Assembly: GCF_009914755.1 (NCBI RefSeq)
Contig: NC_060933.1
DNA from: the human T2T-CHM13v2.0 reference genome, Homo sapiens
Length of the DNA: 64,000 nucleotides
Strand: one strand, 5' to 3'
Made by a program: the position numbers and the translations under genes. This document shows, in pieces, positions 21,646 to 40,830 of this stretch. Below the pieces are notes generated by a model. The model was not told the DNA's origin. It was given only the letters and a program-made list of their open reading frames with translations, and searched no databases. Within the stretch, counting starts at the first letter, position 1, and each line of letters opens with the position of its first letter.

Positions 21646-22567
21646 CTTTACGGGCTATTATTTTACCAAAATGATACACTAAATGTTGATTTCTTAGGAA
21701 CAAAACTCTTCACGCAAGTTGTTTGTTAAGAGATTCGATATTCCCGCATTCATCCCCTTAGGGGACCGGAGGTGGCAGGTGCAATTTGCATTTAGATTTT
21801 CCGTAAGGAATGTTAATTGCTTAAGCTGTCATAAAAGAGTGGACATTTTATGTTTTCCTGGTGGAAGCGAGAGAAGAGTGAGCACAGTGTGGCTGAACTC
21901 TGATCTGTATGTCTCTTTGGGAGGTTCTCCAAACCCAGCAAAGCAAGAGATCCTGCTTACTTGCTGGACTTGTGTGCTGCTAGAAATGCAAGACTGAGTC
22001 AGCTAAGAGCAGTGCCAAAAAGTCACCAAGCCACCGCATGTAGCCTGAGATCACGAGGAAACAAAAAGTCTTTCTAAGGTCAAAAAGTTCTGCCTATATT
22101 TCCAGATCTTCTTCTTGGTTTCTAAGCAGCCAGCCACCTGCTCTCAGCTTTCACCTAGGACTCAACAATTTCAGGAAGGAAAAAGATTATTCTAGGTCAG
22201 AAGGATTCTGGGAAATGTTAAATAACCTTGCCTGTGGAGAGTACCTTTTTTTTGGCCTCTTTCTGACCTTGGCAGACATGTCCATCTTCTGGGAGCCATA
22301 GAAGACAGCCCTTCATCTTTTCCTAGTTGGTGCCTTCTTCTAGACCTAAATTCCTGATCTCATGCTGAAACCCAGATTAACAACTTTTTGGGGGGGAGGG
22401 GAGTTGTTTGAGATTAGAGCGGTAAAAATTAGCCTGGTCGGGGAGGGGGGATCGGTTTCTAGATTCATTCATTTATGTGTCCATAGTGCCTGCCTGGTGC
22501 CAATCTGTAAAGGGCCTATGGAAATATAAGTTATTGAGGTAGAAATATACAGAACATCTCAGGTAGG

Positions 22568-22870
22568 GGCCAGGGACGGTGGCTCATGCCTGTAATCCCA
22601 GTACTTTGGTAGGCTGAGGTAGGAGGACCACTTGAGCCCAAGAACTCAAGACCAGTCTAGACAACATACTGAGACCCTCTCTCTACAAAAAAAAAAAAAA
22701 ATTTAAAAATTAGCCCAGTGTGGTGGCATGCACCTGTAGTCCTAGCTCCTTGGGAGGCTGAGGCAGGAGGACCGCTTGTGGCCAGGAGTTCAAGGCTGCA
22801 GTGAGCTATGATTGAGCCACTGTACTCCAGCCTGGGCAACAGAATAAGACCAAAAAAACAAAAACAAAGA
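22568..22870 (+). mobile_element. AluJ
   Basis: Alu consensus. Confidence 0.95.
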
Positions 22871-23468
22871 AAATCCCCAGAACATCTTGTCTTTACAGAT
22901 ATGTATGAAGGCTACCCTTCAAGGACAAGGGCAAGTTGCACATGCAGTGGTTTGATTAAGGAGTTTAAAGGCAGAACCTGTCTGCTCAATATGGACAAGA
23001 ATATCCTTGTTTACAGTGCCTATCACAGACCACTGGGCTCCATGTGGAATTCGAGCAAATGCTAGGAAACCACACACTATGCAGACTAAGCATTACACAT
23101 AAAAGTAGAGTTAGCGCAGGAAGCATGGAAGGAAAAAGTAAGAAGTCTCACTGTGGTCCAGGACAGGTTGAGGACCCTCTCTCCTAGAGAGTGAACGTCC
23201 CAGGGCACTGGGGTAAGAGTGAGCCCAGGCTGGCCCAGCTGGCTGTGTGGGAAGGGCAGAAGCTGCCCTGGCCTTTGGCGTCAGCCACGTGCACTTTGTC
23301 AGACTGCCATCTGCTGAGCACTTGTTAGCAATTCCCTCTGCTTTTATGTCACACACCTGGAGTCCCCTCACTGTTAGAGATCTTCTGAGCCCCAAAGTGA
23401 GGCCCTTATTAGGAAGCAAAAGCGATAGAAACAAGAAGCCCTGGAGCCTGTGACTGAGGACACTACTC

Positions 23469-23776
23469 TTTTTTTTTTTTTTTTTTTTTAATGAGACAGA
23501 ATCTCACTCTGTCACCCAGGCTGGAGTGCGGGGTCGTTATCTAGGCTAACTGCAACCTCCATCTCTCGGGTTCAAGTGATTCTTGTGCCTCAGCCTCCCA
23601 AGTAGCTGGGATTACAGGCACACGCCACCACACCTGGCTAATTTTTGTATTTTGAGTAGAGACAGGGTTGCACCATGTTGGCCAGGCTGGTCTCGAACTC
23701 CCGACCTCAAGTGATCTCCACCCACCTAGGCCTCCCAAAGTGCTGGGATTACAGGCATGAGCCACTGTGCCCGGCC
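23469..23776 (-). mobile_element. AluS
   Basis: TSD gacactactctttt. Confidence 0.95.
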
Positions 23777-23859
23777 GACACTACTCTTTTCTTCTCTGAA
23801 CCTCATTCCTGTATTTTATAAAGGAGCAGAAGGCTCTAGATTTTCTTTCCTCCCATCTA

Positions 23860-24035
23860 CGCACATTTACAGCACCCTCTACCTCCCCCATCATAGCAAC
23901 TATATAGTGACTGCTTCGTGTGTCTGCCTGACCAGATTGTGAGCTCAACATGAAAGGGGTTGTGTCTGTCTTGTTCATCCTGTGTCCTCAATGGTATGTA
24001 CACAGATACTCAAAAAAGTATCTGTTGAATGAGAG
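23860..24035 (+). mobile_element. L2 3' end
   Basis: accagattgtgagctc...tgtctgtcttgttcat...tctgttgaatga. Confidence 0.75.
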
Positions 24036-24500
24036 AGGAAAGGAGAAAGGAAGGAAGTGAGGGAGGGAGGAAGGAAGGAATGGAGAGAAGGAGGGTAAGA
24101 TATCCCAGCAGGTCACTACAGCCTATTTGTGAGAAAGCTGCTAGGAGCCTTGAAATTCCCTGCAAATGAGGAAGGGAGAAAGCTATTTCTCTCCCATCCC
24201 CACGAAGAGAAAATAAACGAGGCAAGCTGCAAATGGCGAAACAAGATGTGGTCTAGATTTCTAACAGAAGACTCTGTACACCTGATAAAGCAAAGCTACT
24301 TGTGGGGACCCAAATTTTGTGACATACCAGGCTGGTCCTGGAGGGTGGGTAATAGAACAGGGGGTAGAAGGGTTTTCTTCCAATGGTATCAGAGAGGTCT
24401 GAAGCTTTGCAAGAGCCGGAAAATGGAACTTTGTTAAAGCTTTGCAGTTTACACGCATTGTCTTATTGTCAAAAGAACTGCATAGAATAGAGAGGTCACG

Positions 24501-24810
<310 letters not shown>

Positions 24811-25257
24811 TCACCTGAGGACTGGGGAAGAACAGTGACATTAGCACAGGCTAGGAATAGACCTCATAGCCCCAGAATTCTTCCTCTACCTGGAGTAATT
24901 TGGAGGAGACTCTAATGTGTGCCCTTAACTCATGTGGCCTCAGAGAACAAGGTGAAGGGAAAGCTGGTGGACTTGAAAGCTCAGGGGGTCTGGGTCATGA
25001 CAAAAAGCTCTGAGTGTAAACTGGGCTCTTGATTTTTCTAAAAAAAAAAAAAATTGAATACTGAGAGATAGATATTTCTCATTAGATTATTTTTTACGGT
25101 AACCCTGACTTCATGCTCAAAGCATGGAATCACGGAATCACAGGCCTTGCCCACCAGCCCATCTCAACTTCTGTAGAGAGTCTCCCTAACCCCTGACTTT
25201 CTATAACTCCAACATCAATAGCAGCTGTCATTTTATTCAGCTTCTTTCTGCCCACAA

Positions 25258-25740
<483 letters not shown>

Positions 25741-26450
25741 CTTGAGAGCCAGTCCCATCTCAGCTCTGACGAAACTCATTCTCATTTTAGGGCCTTTATC
25801 CTTGCTGTCCTCTCTGGAATATTCCTCTCAGTTCCCTACATACTTGGCTCCTCATTGTTTAGGTTTCTGTTCTAACATTATCCTCTCAGGAAAGCCTTCT
25901 CTTATCTGACTTCACTATCTAAAATTCCCCACTCCCCACCCTCCCTACCCCTGTACAGGTCCTCCCTATTCTACTAATGCTTTGTGGTTTCAGAGCACTT
26001 ACAACTATAATAATATTCTGTTACTTGTTTATGTCTCTGCTGATATCTCTCCAGTGTTCAACACATAGTATGTGCTCAAAAAATATTACTTGCACAAATG
26101 AAGGGAATGAGTGAAGCACCTATCAGAGATGGTGCTCAGGGCTTTACATGTATTATCTCATTTAATCCTCTCAATAATCCCCTGAGAGAGATTCAATCAC
26201 CACAGTTTTACAAGTGAGTAATCTGAGGTTTAGAGAGGTTAAGAGACATCTTCAAGGTCACATAGCTAGTAAACGAGGGAAGGCTAAACTCATCCAGAAT
26301 CCTGTTTCTTTCCGCCACCTCTCCTGTTGCCAGGCAGGTGCAAGCCTCATCAACTCCCTCTCGAATGACTGCAGTGGCCTCCTGGTCAGTGTCCTGGCCT
26401 GCATCCTTGGCCCCCAGCAGTCCTTCTGCAACACAACAACTGTTTAAATG

Positions 26451-26605
26451 TTTTATTTTATTTTATTTTATTTTATTTTATTTTTATTATTTTTAGACAG
26501 AGTTTCACTCTTATTGTCCAGGCTGCAGTGTAATGGCATGATCTCGGCTCACTGCAACCTCCGCCTCCTGGGTTCAAGCGATTGTCCTTCCTCAGCCTCC
26601 TGAGC
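26451..26605 (-). mobile_element. Partial Alu right arm
   Basis: Alu consensus. Confidence 0.9.
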
Positions 26606-26638
26606 CCCGCCTGTTTAAAGGTTTTCAATTGTAAGTCA

Positions 26639-27028
<390 letters not shown>

Positions 27029-27222
27029 TTACTATGTGATCCATTCCCCATGACCTGTCACTCGCTCACTCTGCTCAGCCACTCTGGCCTCCTTGCCATT
27101 CCTTGAACACACAGGGCATACTTCCACCTTGCTTGTCTCCCATTCTCAGACTGCTGTCCCTCAGGCAGCCACATGGCTCACTTGCTCACCTTCCAGCTTT
27201 TGTTGAAATGCTGTCATCTCTA

Positions 27223-27543
<321 letters not shown>

Positions 27544-28452
27544 CTAGAACCCAGCCTCGTACTACTGCTCCATCACACCAGCCTTTCCTCCTATATAGCA
27601 TTTAGCTATCCCCTTCTAAGATATCTTGTCATTTGGCTTATTAATACTATTTGGTTTACTGACTGTCTTCCACCCACTCAAATGCAAGTTCCATTAGGGC
27701 AGAGATCCTATCTGTTTTGTTTGCTGGTGTGTCCTGCCACTACACAAATGCTCAATCAATATTTTCTGAGTGAATGAATAAGATAATCCTTGGAGCAAGG
27801 ATTTGAAACCAGGTGAACATCCTTCAAATCTCATGCTCTTAACTAAATCAGGAAGCGTGTCTCTAAGGATGAGCGAGGCAGGGCTGTGTGGCTCAGAACT
27901 GCCTCTGGACCCCTATCTGTCCTGTCATCCCCAATCTTGAAGGCCCAGCACTGCACAGCTGGCCTTTTGCTTGAAGGCATCTAACTTCATTGCATTTACT
28001 TCCCAGGCCTCTGTCCTTTCACCCTTGGTTTTCTTATCTCTCTCGTCCAAGGGCAGATTTAACTCTTTTATCTCTAACGCTACCTCTGCCTCCTTCACAG
28101 AGCCATTGTTGTGAAAACAGTGAAGTCTCAACCCTTTCCTCTATAAAAGCCCTGCCAACTGCATGCCAAGGAGGCTGTGCTAGGATATGTGCAAGGAGGG
28201 GACCGTGCTTGCCAGGCAGCCTGAGGCTGGGGCTGATTCCTCCCCACCTGTCCTGCCTGTAGCCACGTAGAGTATAACTCAACTCATCTGTCTTCCACTT
28301 TCTTTACCCAACACCATTTGTGTGACTTTGAGGCTATGAACTGTCCAACTATCCAATCAGGTTTCATGAGAAAGCAGCAGCTCTGGAAAACAGATTCTAC
28401 TTGTGCTTGGCATAATGCTCTCTTTGGCTTTGTATAAAAGGGGCTATGCGGC

Positions 28453-28670
28453 CAGCTGGAATGCAGTGGCTCAATCTTGGCTCACTGCGACCTTCACCTC
28501 CTGGATTCAAGCGATTCTCCTGCCTCAGCCTCCCAAGCAATTTTTGTATGTTTTGTACAGACGATCTTTCACCATGTCGGTCAGGCTGGTCTCGAACCTG
28601 AGACCTTAACCACTTGCCTCGGCCTCCCAAAGTGCTGGGTTTACAGGCGTGAGCCACCCACCACGTCCAG
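28453..28670 (-). mobile_element. Partial Alu with internal deletions
   Basis: Alu consensus. Confidence 0.9.
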
Positions 28671-28888
28671 TGCCCCCAGTTCTTTCATCTTCTCCTTTCC
28701 CCTCTCTTCCCTTTCTTTTCTCATCCTCCCCCTCCTTTCCACTCCTCCCTAAGTCCATGGATTACTGGAATTGTGAAGCTGCTTTAGAGTTTTGGTAAAA
28801 AATGATGTTCACGCAATGCTTAAGGGTGTTACTATCTCAGTGGAAGGACTTGACATGTTTTAGAAATGAGCTCCAGAGACCTTGCACT

Positions 28889-29200
28889 GTTTTTTGTTTG
28901 TTTGTTTGTTTGCTTTTTGAGACAGAGTCTCGCTCTGTAGCCCAGGCTGGAGTGCAGTGGCGTAATCCCGACTCACTGCAACCTCTGCCTCCTGGGTTCA
29001 AGCGGTTCTCCTGCCTCAGCCTCCTGAGTAGCTAGGACTACAGGCGCCTGCCACCATGCCCGGATAATTTTTGTAGTTTTAGTAGAGATGGGGTTTCACC
29101 ATGTTGGCCAGGCTGGTCTCGAACACGTGACCTCAAATGATCCACTCGCCTTGGCCTCCCAAAGTGCTAAGATTACAGGCATGAGCCACCGTGCCTCGCC
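28889..29200 (-). mobile_element. AluS
   Basis: Alu consensus. Confidence 0.95.
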
Positions 29201-29339
29201 TGAACTCAGTTTTGATATTGCTGAGAGAGTGTAAAATGTGTTTAATTTGATTTGTATAACCGAAGTCCCAGAGAGGTATTGATTGATTGTATCAATTTTT
29301 GTACTTTTTGTCAATTAATTAACTTGTTAATCTTTTTGT

Positions 29340-29571
29340 TAATTAAAAGATTTAGAGATTTCATATTATAATCTGTGAATTTCTGACTTCTCTGGAAAAA
29401 AATATCAGAAGATCTGGCAATTAGGGTTCATGCTTGCAAGGACAGGTGTGCTTCTGATGGCCTCAGTCCACATGGGTTTTCTCCTGCTCTGAAAATTAGG
29501 GTTGGTTTTTCTTCACTCGCACTCATATACACCACCTGCCTGGCCCCCAAGGCACTTGAATCTGTGTCCCT
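29340..29571. mobile_element. MER102-like (hAT-Charlie) fragment
   Basis: gagatttcata...tcagaagatctggcaa...cctgcctggcccccaaggcacttgaatctgtgtccct. Confidence 0.6.
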
Positions 29572-30369
29572 TTGAAAGGTGACACTCAAAGATGATCATC
29601 CCTGGAGGTACAAAAGTTTAACAACGGGATGTTACTCAGAGATTGCAAAGTGTCCACCTGGGGTGAGGGAACTGTCACCTGCCTTCATTTCATCTTTATA
29701 TCCACTGTAGGATGTAGATGCTAAGAAGAGCTTGGGGTCAGGAGTGGGCTGGTTCATCTTGGTCTTAACTTTCTGCTGGGGTCTAGAAAGGATAGGTTTG
29801 GTTCCTTTCTATGCTTAAGAGCAGATGTCCTGCCAACGCTTTACCATTTAATGTGAGACCGACCATATATGGAAAGTGCCTGCCTTGGTGGCTGGCACAG
29901 TCACAGTAAGCACTCAATACACACTTGATGACAAGGATTATTGTTGTTGTTACCATCATTAACCCTTGATTTCCTGCCACTCAACCAGCTCCCAGCAAGA
30001 TAGATTTCCAAAACCCTTGCCTTTCTCTCATCCTGACCCATTAGTGGCCACCTCCCTTGCCCTCCTCCTCCCAACCCCTTCCTAATGTCTGGACCCATTC
30101 GTTTGCAGCCCTGAGCTCACTCCTTAACAAATGACACTGCCCCTTTGGCCCTGACTTCTGGCTTCCCCTCCTCTACCAGGACTAGCACATCCACCCCTGG
30201 CTGCACTGCTTCTGGCTGTGCAGGGCAACCACTCAGACTGTCTATTCTTGCCTTTGCCCTAAAATGTGGGCTCTTGTAGGCACTGTCTTCAGCTCCTACA
30301 TGGGATGAGGACTTCAGAGCGCAGAAGTCGACAGGCTCCCATGATTGTGTCAAGGCAAGAGTCAAGACC

Positions 30370-30530
30370 CACTGGAGGGCAGGGACCATGTCTGCATCTG
30401 TCTTTTTCACTGCTGCATCCTCACGGCTCAGGACACTCCCTGGTACAAAGCAGATGCTTAATAAATACTCATTGGATGGACAAATGAATGGATGGACAGA
30501 TGAATGAATGAATGAATGAATACACAAATG
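30370..30530 (+). mobile_element. L2 3' end with (TGAA)n tail
   Basis: gagggcagggaccatgtctg...gcagatgcttaataaatac...tgaatgaatgaatg. Confidence 0.8.
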
Positions 30531-32059
30531 AATCAGATCAGAGATCAGAGAGGAAAAAACTGCTTACGTTTTTAACACGTAGATGTGTTGCTTTTTGTGA
30601 TCTTTTCTACTTCTCTTTAGTGAGTAGCAATAAAATCAGTAAGGAGAAGAGGGTCTGTGTGTTGGTTTTCTGGAGGAGGAAGATGGGAAGATTTCCCTCT
30701 GCCCTGTGATCAGGCTCTGAATGGGGAGAGTTGTCCCAGGACACAGAGCAAGTGGTGATAGCATGTGATGGAGGGAGGAAAGGAACACCTGCAGCATAGG
30801 GAGGAAAGGAACATAGAGCTGGCTGGAGACTGAGAAACCACTACTTGTTCTATGTCCTGAGAGAGAGGGGGGTTGAGCAGGAGAAAGGGCTGCTGGGGTT
30901 TTCCACCTGCAGGCACCACGGCTGAAAGGCCTCCTGCCCAGGTCCTACCTCTGACTCAGTACCGACCTTAGGCAAGGCCCTTTCCCCATTTATGGCCAAG
31001 TCAGAAGATGTGGCCCAGTCTGAGGTTATCAAAAGGCAGAAGCCTCATGAATACACCTGGTTATTAGCTCTGGCAGTGTAAAACCAACAGCAGCACCAAC
31101 CACATGGTGTGAGCTTCCTCCTCCACTTCTCTGTTCAGTTTCTCTTCCTGCCTGTTTTCTCTGCTGGGTGGGCAGTTCAGAAGGCTTGGGCCTACCATGC
31201 CCCAAACAGAAGAGGCTGCTTTCCTTCCCTTCTGAGCAGCCACAGCAGTGTGAACCCAGATGTGTATCTGTCACCTTTTCCTCACTCCCATCCCGAGCCC
31301 ATGTGTCCCATGAAAATGAGCCATGAACCCCCCTTTGGACGGTGGGAAACTTGATGACAGGTCCAGGTCCCCGATTTGCAAAACAAATTGCCTCTTCTCT
31401 TTCTTCCAGCCCATGCGTCTCTCTTTGGGCAAAAGTTAATTCTCACCAACCTCTATCAACCTCCTCGGGTTGACTTCGCTATGCTTTTTCTGGAAATTTG
31501 TGCTTCCCCATTTCTTAGAGCACAGCAAACTTGGGGTGCCCTGAAGGCTGAGACAGGGGCAGGGTGTGAGCAGCACTGGGCCTCTAAGGATGCTCCTCCT
31601 TGTACATTCCTGCCACATTGTGGGGACACAATCCCCATCAGCGTGATGATGTCATAATTGGGGTGGGCGAGATAGGGAAGTTCATTGCCTGTTGCATCCT
31701 TCCTGGCACCATCTTGGGACTCTTCCCACTCATTTGCTACTCAGGATCCAGGGTTTTCCCAGACCAAGACACAGAGGATCAGATGTTCAGCCATACCTAC
31801 TCCCTTGTGGAGGTGCCAATCATAACTAAGGTGTACTGAGCATTGACCTTGTTTAACCAGACATTGTTGTATCAAACACTTTATCTTCATTAACTCGTTT
31901 GATGCTCATAACAATCCTACAAGGCTTGTCACATTATTCTTTTCACCTTTAAAATGAAAAAAAAAAAAAAAAAAAAACAAGCTTAGGAAGGTAATTTGCC
32001 CAAAGTTACCCAGCCACTAAGTGGTAGAGGCCCCACACACCCCTCCCACCATGACCACA

Positions 32060-32513
<454 letters not shown>

Positions 32514-33075
32514 TGAGGAAGATGTTGATCCCAATTAGAATCTGGCATCTGGCACTTGCAATAAATACCAGGGCACCTGCTTGTGTCCGCAGAATCACCC
32601 CAGCCTTTGTGCCAGAAAGAAAACACTCTTCACTGGATCCTCAAAGGAGTCCAGTCTCTGGCCCAGCTCTCAGGGAGCTCATGGTCTGGTGGAGGTAATG
32701 AACTCCTCTCCCTCACTCCACGTCTCCCTAATTCACACCTCCTTCCTCTGAAAAGACTCCCTTCCAGGCCTTGACTAAAAGGGTCCCTGTCCTGAAGAAC
32801 AACCACTGAGCTACAGACTCAAGGAACAAGTCCTCATGATCCATCAGTCCCCTGTCCCCCCGTCAGCCTTGATACCATATGACCTCAACCACTCTGCCTC
32901 CAGGGAACTCACAGGTCACCTGAAACTGATACCACCTGGCTGAACTCCGCCCTCCAGTTTATGTGCCTGTATGAAGTCTGATTTGACTGCAACAAGCCTT
33001 TTGACTAAAATTGGGATGTATATGTGTGCAGACTGCACATATCAATTCTCGGAAGTTTTTTTTTTTTTTTCTCTC

Positions 33076-33481
<406 letters not shown>

Positions 33482-33879
33482 TCAAACCTTTAACCTCCAC
33501 TTCCTGTGTTCTTTAGCCTTCTTCAATAGAAAAGCTGCTAGCGAATTGCCCCCATGCACTACACACAGGTTTATTTTTTCTATGTAAAGTATGTCCTTGT
33601 GGTTTGAGATGCCTTATGAAGATGGAACTGACTGACCTCACTGATGGCCTGAATGTGGAGAGTGAGAGAAAGGGAGGAATCAGGAATGATACTGAGATTT
33701 TTGGCCTGAGCTTATGGATATAAAAAGGATTAATGGAAGGGAGTTTCCAGTAAGCAACTCACAATTCCACTTCCTGAAAAAGGAGTACTCTATCCAAGAA
33801 ATTATAAGCGGGAAACTTGGGAAGGATTCCCCATCTCCTTAATATGGAGGAGAGGTCAGGAGGCAGGGGCAGGCTGTGA

Positions 33880-34230
<351 letters not shown>

Positions 34231-34734
34231 TAATGCAGATCAATAGCGGTCAGGAGCAGTTTCCGTGGTAGGAAAAGATTCTGGGGTGCAGAGGAGGCAG
34301 AGGCCCCCGGAAGGAAGCTGCACACCACCACACCATGTGCTTTGAGGGGCAGTTAAGCCAAAACTGGCCTCTGACGTGGTTGTTTTACCAAATGCAGAAA
34401 AGAGACCACAAAGAGCAAAGTCTCCTAATTAGGACTGCTCTTGGTCCAGCTCCTTGCAGTCTGCCATGCCAGTCAGGTCATGGGGGTTAAAGGTTTCCTC
34501 TTTAAGGAAATACCTGAAGTACAGGAATAATGCTAATGACAAAAATGCCAGGCAAAGATGAGGTGGTAGGGGAGCTATGTGGGGGCAATGGGAACCTTCT
34601 ATTGGGTTCTTCAAGTTAGACCACAGAGCTCCCCCTTCTGAACACCTGAACATGGGCAGTTTTTAGAAACCAGCATAACTGATGTGAGTTTTACTGCACT
34701 GTACTCAGGTTAAAAAATGTCACATTTATTTCTA

Positions 34735-35085
<351 letters not shown>

Positions 35086-35106
35086 TCATAATTCTGTTGT
35101 CCTGTC

Positions 35107-35415
35107 TTTTTTTTCCTTTTTTTTTTTTTTTAGATGGAGTTTCACTCTTTTTGCCCAGACTGGAGTGCAATGGCACGATCTAGGCTCACTGGCAACCTCT
35201 GCCTCCCGGGCTCAAGTGATTCTCCTGCCTCAGCCTGCTGAGTAGCTGGGATTACAGGCATGTACTACCATGCCTGGCTAATTTTTTATATTTTTAGTAG
35301 AGACAGGGTTTTGCCATGTTGGCCAGGCTGGTCTCGAACTCCTGACCTCAAGTGATCAGCCCACCTTGGCCTCCCAAAGTGCTGGGATTACAGGCGTAAG
35401 CCACTGCACCTGGCC
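35107..35415 (-). mobile_element. AluS
   Basis: Alu consensus. Confidence 0.95.
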
Positions 35416-36061
35416 AATGATGAATCGTTTAGCTATAGAGACTCAAGGCCCTTCACAACGGAAGGCATGGCAGAAGCTCTCACCCACATTGCACGTGAAA
35501 GAGGCCCTGCTCAGAATGGCCTCTCCCTGCTCCTTCACAAACCTAGCGTCACCCTTCTAGCTTCTGAAGAGAAGGCCAGAAACCCTCAGGAATATTCATG
35601 CAGTTCTGGCCCCAGAATGGCTCATGCCAAACTTTAGTATGCTTGAGAGACGGCAATTCTAACCAGGCCACTGAACGCTCAACCACAAGAGAGGTGAACT
35701 CTCCACCGCCATCATCCATCACTCCTCTCTTTACCTCCATCCTCTTTCTACTCTGCGCCCCTACCTGCCCTCAGTCTGGACCTAAGACTTCTTAGGCTCT
35801 TCAGTAAGCCCTGGAGATCTCTCGTTTAGCAAAAAGACTGACCCCAGCCTTGGGTTGACTAGGTCCCCAGTTCAGGCAGCTGAGTGACACAAGATCATGA
35901 AGGAAGGGCCATCTGGCTCAGGCCTGCTTTCCCGTTGCCACCAACTGTCCCTGACATTTCACAGTTCCCATTTGGCAGCCACCAGTACCAAACGAATGTG
36001 AGAAAAAGAAGCCCCTGGTCCACACAAAACCCACAGTAGCTTATTTTCAGGCCACAGCTGA

Positions 36062-36469
<408 letters not shown>

Positions 36470-36771
36470 TAGAAGATTTTTTGCTTTGGGGAATGTATGA
36501 TCATATTTTTCTGGCCAAATAATTGGTGTCTTTAATATTTCATGGGCAAGGGATTCCAATTAATAAAGCAGATTGAATGCATAAATGTATTGCTCTTCTT
36601 TAAAAAAAAAACACTAAAATGATGTTAAGGAAAGTTTTTCAAAAGGCATAAACCAACAAAGAAAATTGAAGAGAAAATTATAGTAGATTCAGATGATAGT
36701 AATATTTTTTAAAATTGAAAGCAGATAGAAGAGGGGTAACTGACCTAGAAGATAAAAGAAGGAAGAAACTG

Positions 36772-37625
<854 letters not shown>

Positions 37626-37649
37626 GAGAGGGAGAATAGAAAGGAAAAC

Positions 37650-38715
<1,066 letters not shown>

Positions 38716-39153
38716 ATAATAGAACTTTAAATTTTAATCTATTTGTCTTTTAATAGGATAATTTTACCCATTTACATTTATTGTCAGAATTGATTAATTT
38801 GACCTCTGGTCTTTACTTTTATGTTTTGAATTTTTTCTTATGCTTTGTTTTTTTCCTTTTGTTTTCTATTTTCTGCTATTTAGCTTAAAGTTTTATTACT
38901 TAGACCTTTAGTAGTGTTTGGAAAATAAATGTTTCTAACTCTATTAGTACTTGTCTTTATTTCTTTGCATAATAAGAAAAAGGTTTTTAAAATTTTGACT
39001 AGCCTACCTTTTTTTCCCTTCACTGTTCAGTATTGGTTACTGAGCAACTAGTGTGTGTAAGACATGGAGTACTCAATGGTAAAGAAAAGAGACAATCTCT
39101 TCCCTCATAAAGCCTACAGGTTAGCAGAGAAGATAATGACAGAAAAAGAATAA

Positions 39154-39490
<337 letters not shown>

Positions 39491-39545
39491 GCAAGTATAG
39501 GTTTTACACTCAGGTTATTTTTGTACACATTTGGCATACTATCAA

Positions 39546-39844
39546 TTTTTTTTTTCCCCTGGAAATGGAGTCTCGCTCTATTCCCCAGGCTGGGGTGCAG
39601 TGGCACAATCGCGATCTTGGCTCTCTGCAACCTCCGCCTCCCAGATTCAAGAGATTCTCCTGCCTCAGCCTCCCAAATAGGATTAAAGGCATGTGCCACC
39701 ATGCCTGGCTAATTTTTGTATTTTTAGTAGAGACGGGGTTTCACCATGTGGCCAAGCTGGTCTCGACCTCCTGACCTCAGGTGATCCACCTGCCTCGGCC
39801 TCCCAAAGTGCTGGAATTACACGCGTGAGCCACTGTGCCTGGCC
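39546..39844 (-). mobile_element. AluS
   Basis: Alu consensus. Confidence 0.95.
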
Positions 39845-40219
39845 CATACTACCAACTTCAGTAATAATCTTTGATTTTTGCAGTCACTTTAGAACTACAT
39901 TTCCAGTTATTGTATATAATAAGTAAGTGAGTTTCAGTGCTGCCATGATATTCCCATTCCTGAGTTCTTTCTCTAGCTCACCTAGGCTATTATACGTCTT
40001 TCAGGGAGCTGGGTAAAGGCATTCTTCAATGGGCCTTTCAAGAGCCAGATAGCAAGGCAGAACACCTCAGTACTATGCAAAACTGACACGTTGATGATTC
40101 ACCACCAACAGGAGAACATGACACATGGAACAAGGCTGTGGTTTAAAAATATGAAACTTTTGCCAGGTTAGAGAGAGCACTGCTAGGTTTTAAAAGAGAC
40201 ATGTTTCTAAGACTGATTA

Positions 40220-40830
40220 GAGGTGTTTTTTAATATAGCTCTGCAGAAAACTCTAGGGAAAATTATAGAGTGGCTGAATAAGGATGATTTCTGCATTCCC
40301 ATATTCCTGGATATAAATATTACTATTACTGAGAGGTGTTACAAAAATTCCATCTTGATTTCTAATATCAACCAACTGGAAACTAGAAAAGACTTCACAC
40401 CTCCCCCCACCAAATTAAAATACTATTGCAAATTATTTATAAAATACAACTTATAAATATTAATGGAATACTGTCATTTAATAATGCTTTTATTACAAAA
40501 CAGAATAACAAAAATGTTTAACATTTAATGACAAGGATTTAAACAAAATTCATCCTAAGAAAACCAAGAAGATTAAAATGATAAAGATGAAAGTGAAAGC
40601 TTACTAATTAGGAAACAAAAATGGATAGAACAGATAAATCAACTCGAGCTGTTTCTTTGGGAAAACAAAAACCAATTAAAGAGATAAATCTCTGGCAAAC
40701 CTAATTATTAAATAAATAAAGCAACGGAAATAACTATATTTATCCTGAGTTTCAAAAGAATGTAATTACTGACATAAAGATTTAGAAAATGTTAACAAAT
40801 ACCATAAACTGCTTGATATGAAAATCTCTA
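40220..40830 (+). mobile_element. Old L1M ORF2 fragment
   Basis: A-rich L1-like text: gagctgtttctttgggaaaac...gataaatctctggcaaacctaat. Confidence 0.6.

Noticed and set aside
28142-28149. TATAAAAG as a promoter TATA box
   Set aside because: No downstream gene structure or CpG enrichment; expected by chance.
31388-31657. Strong acceptor-like tract (cctcttctctttcttccag) before an open frame
   Set aside because: No convincing donor or recognisable peptide.
34429-34513. Possible minus-strand terminal exon (YFLKEETFNPHDLTGMADCKELDQEQS*)
   Set aside because: Only one splice-like site (cttcag|gtattt, which could equally be a donor) and no supporting homology.
39982-40135. Possible minus-strand exon with AG|gtgagc donor
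   Set aside because: Weak acceptor and stops in all three frames.
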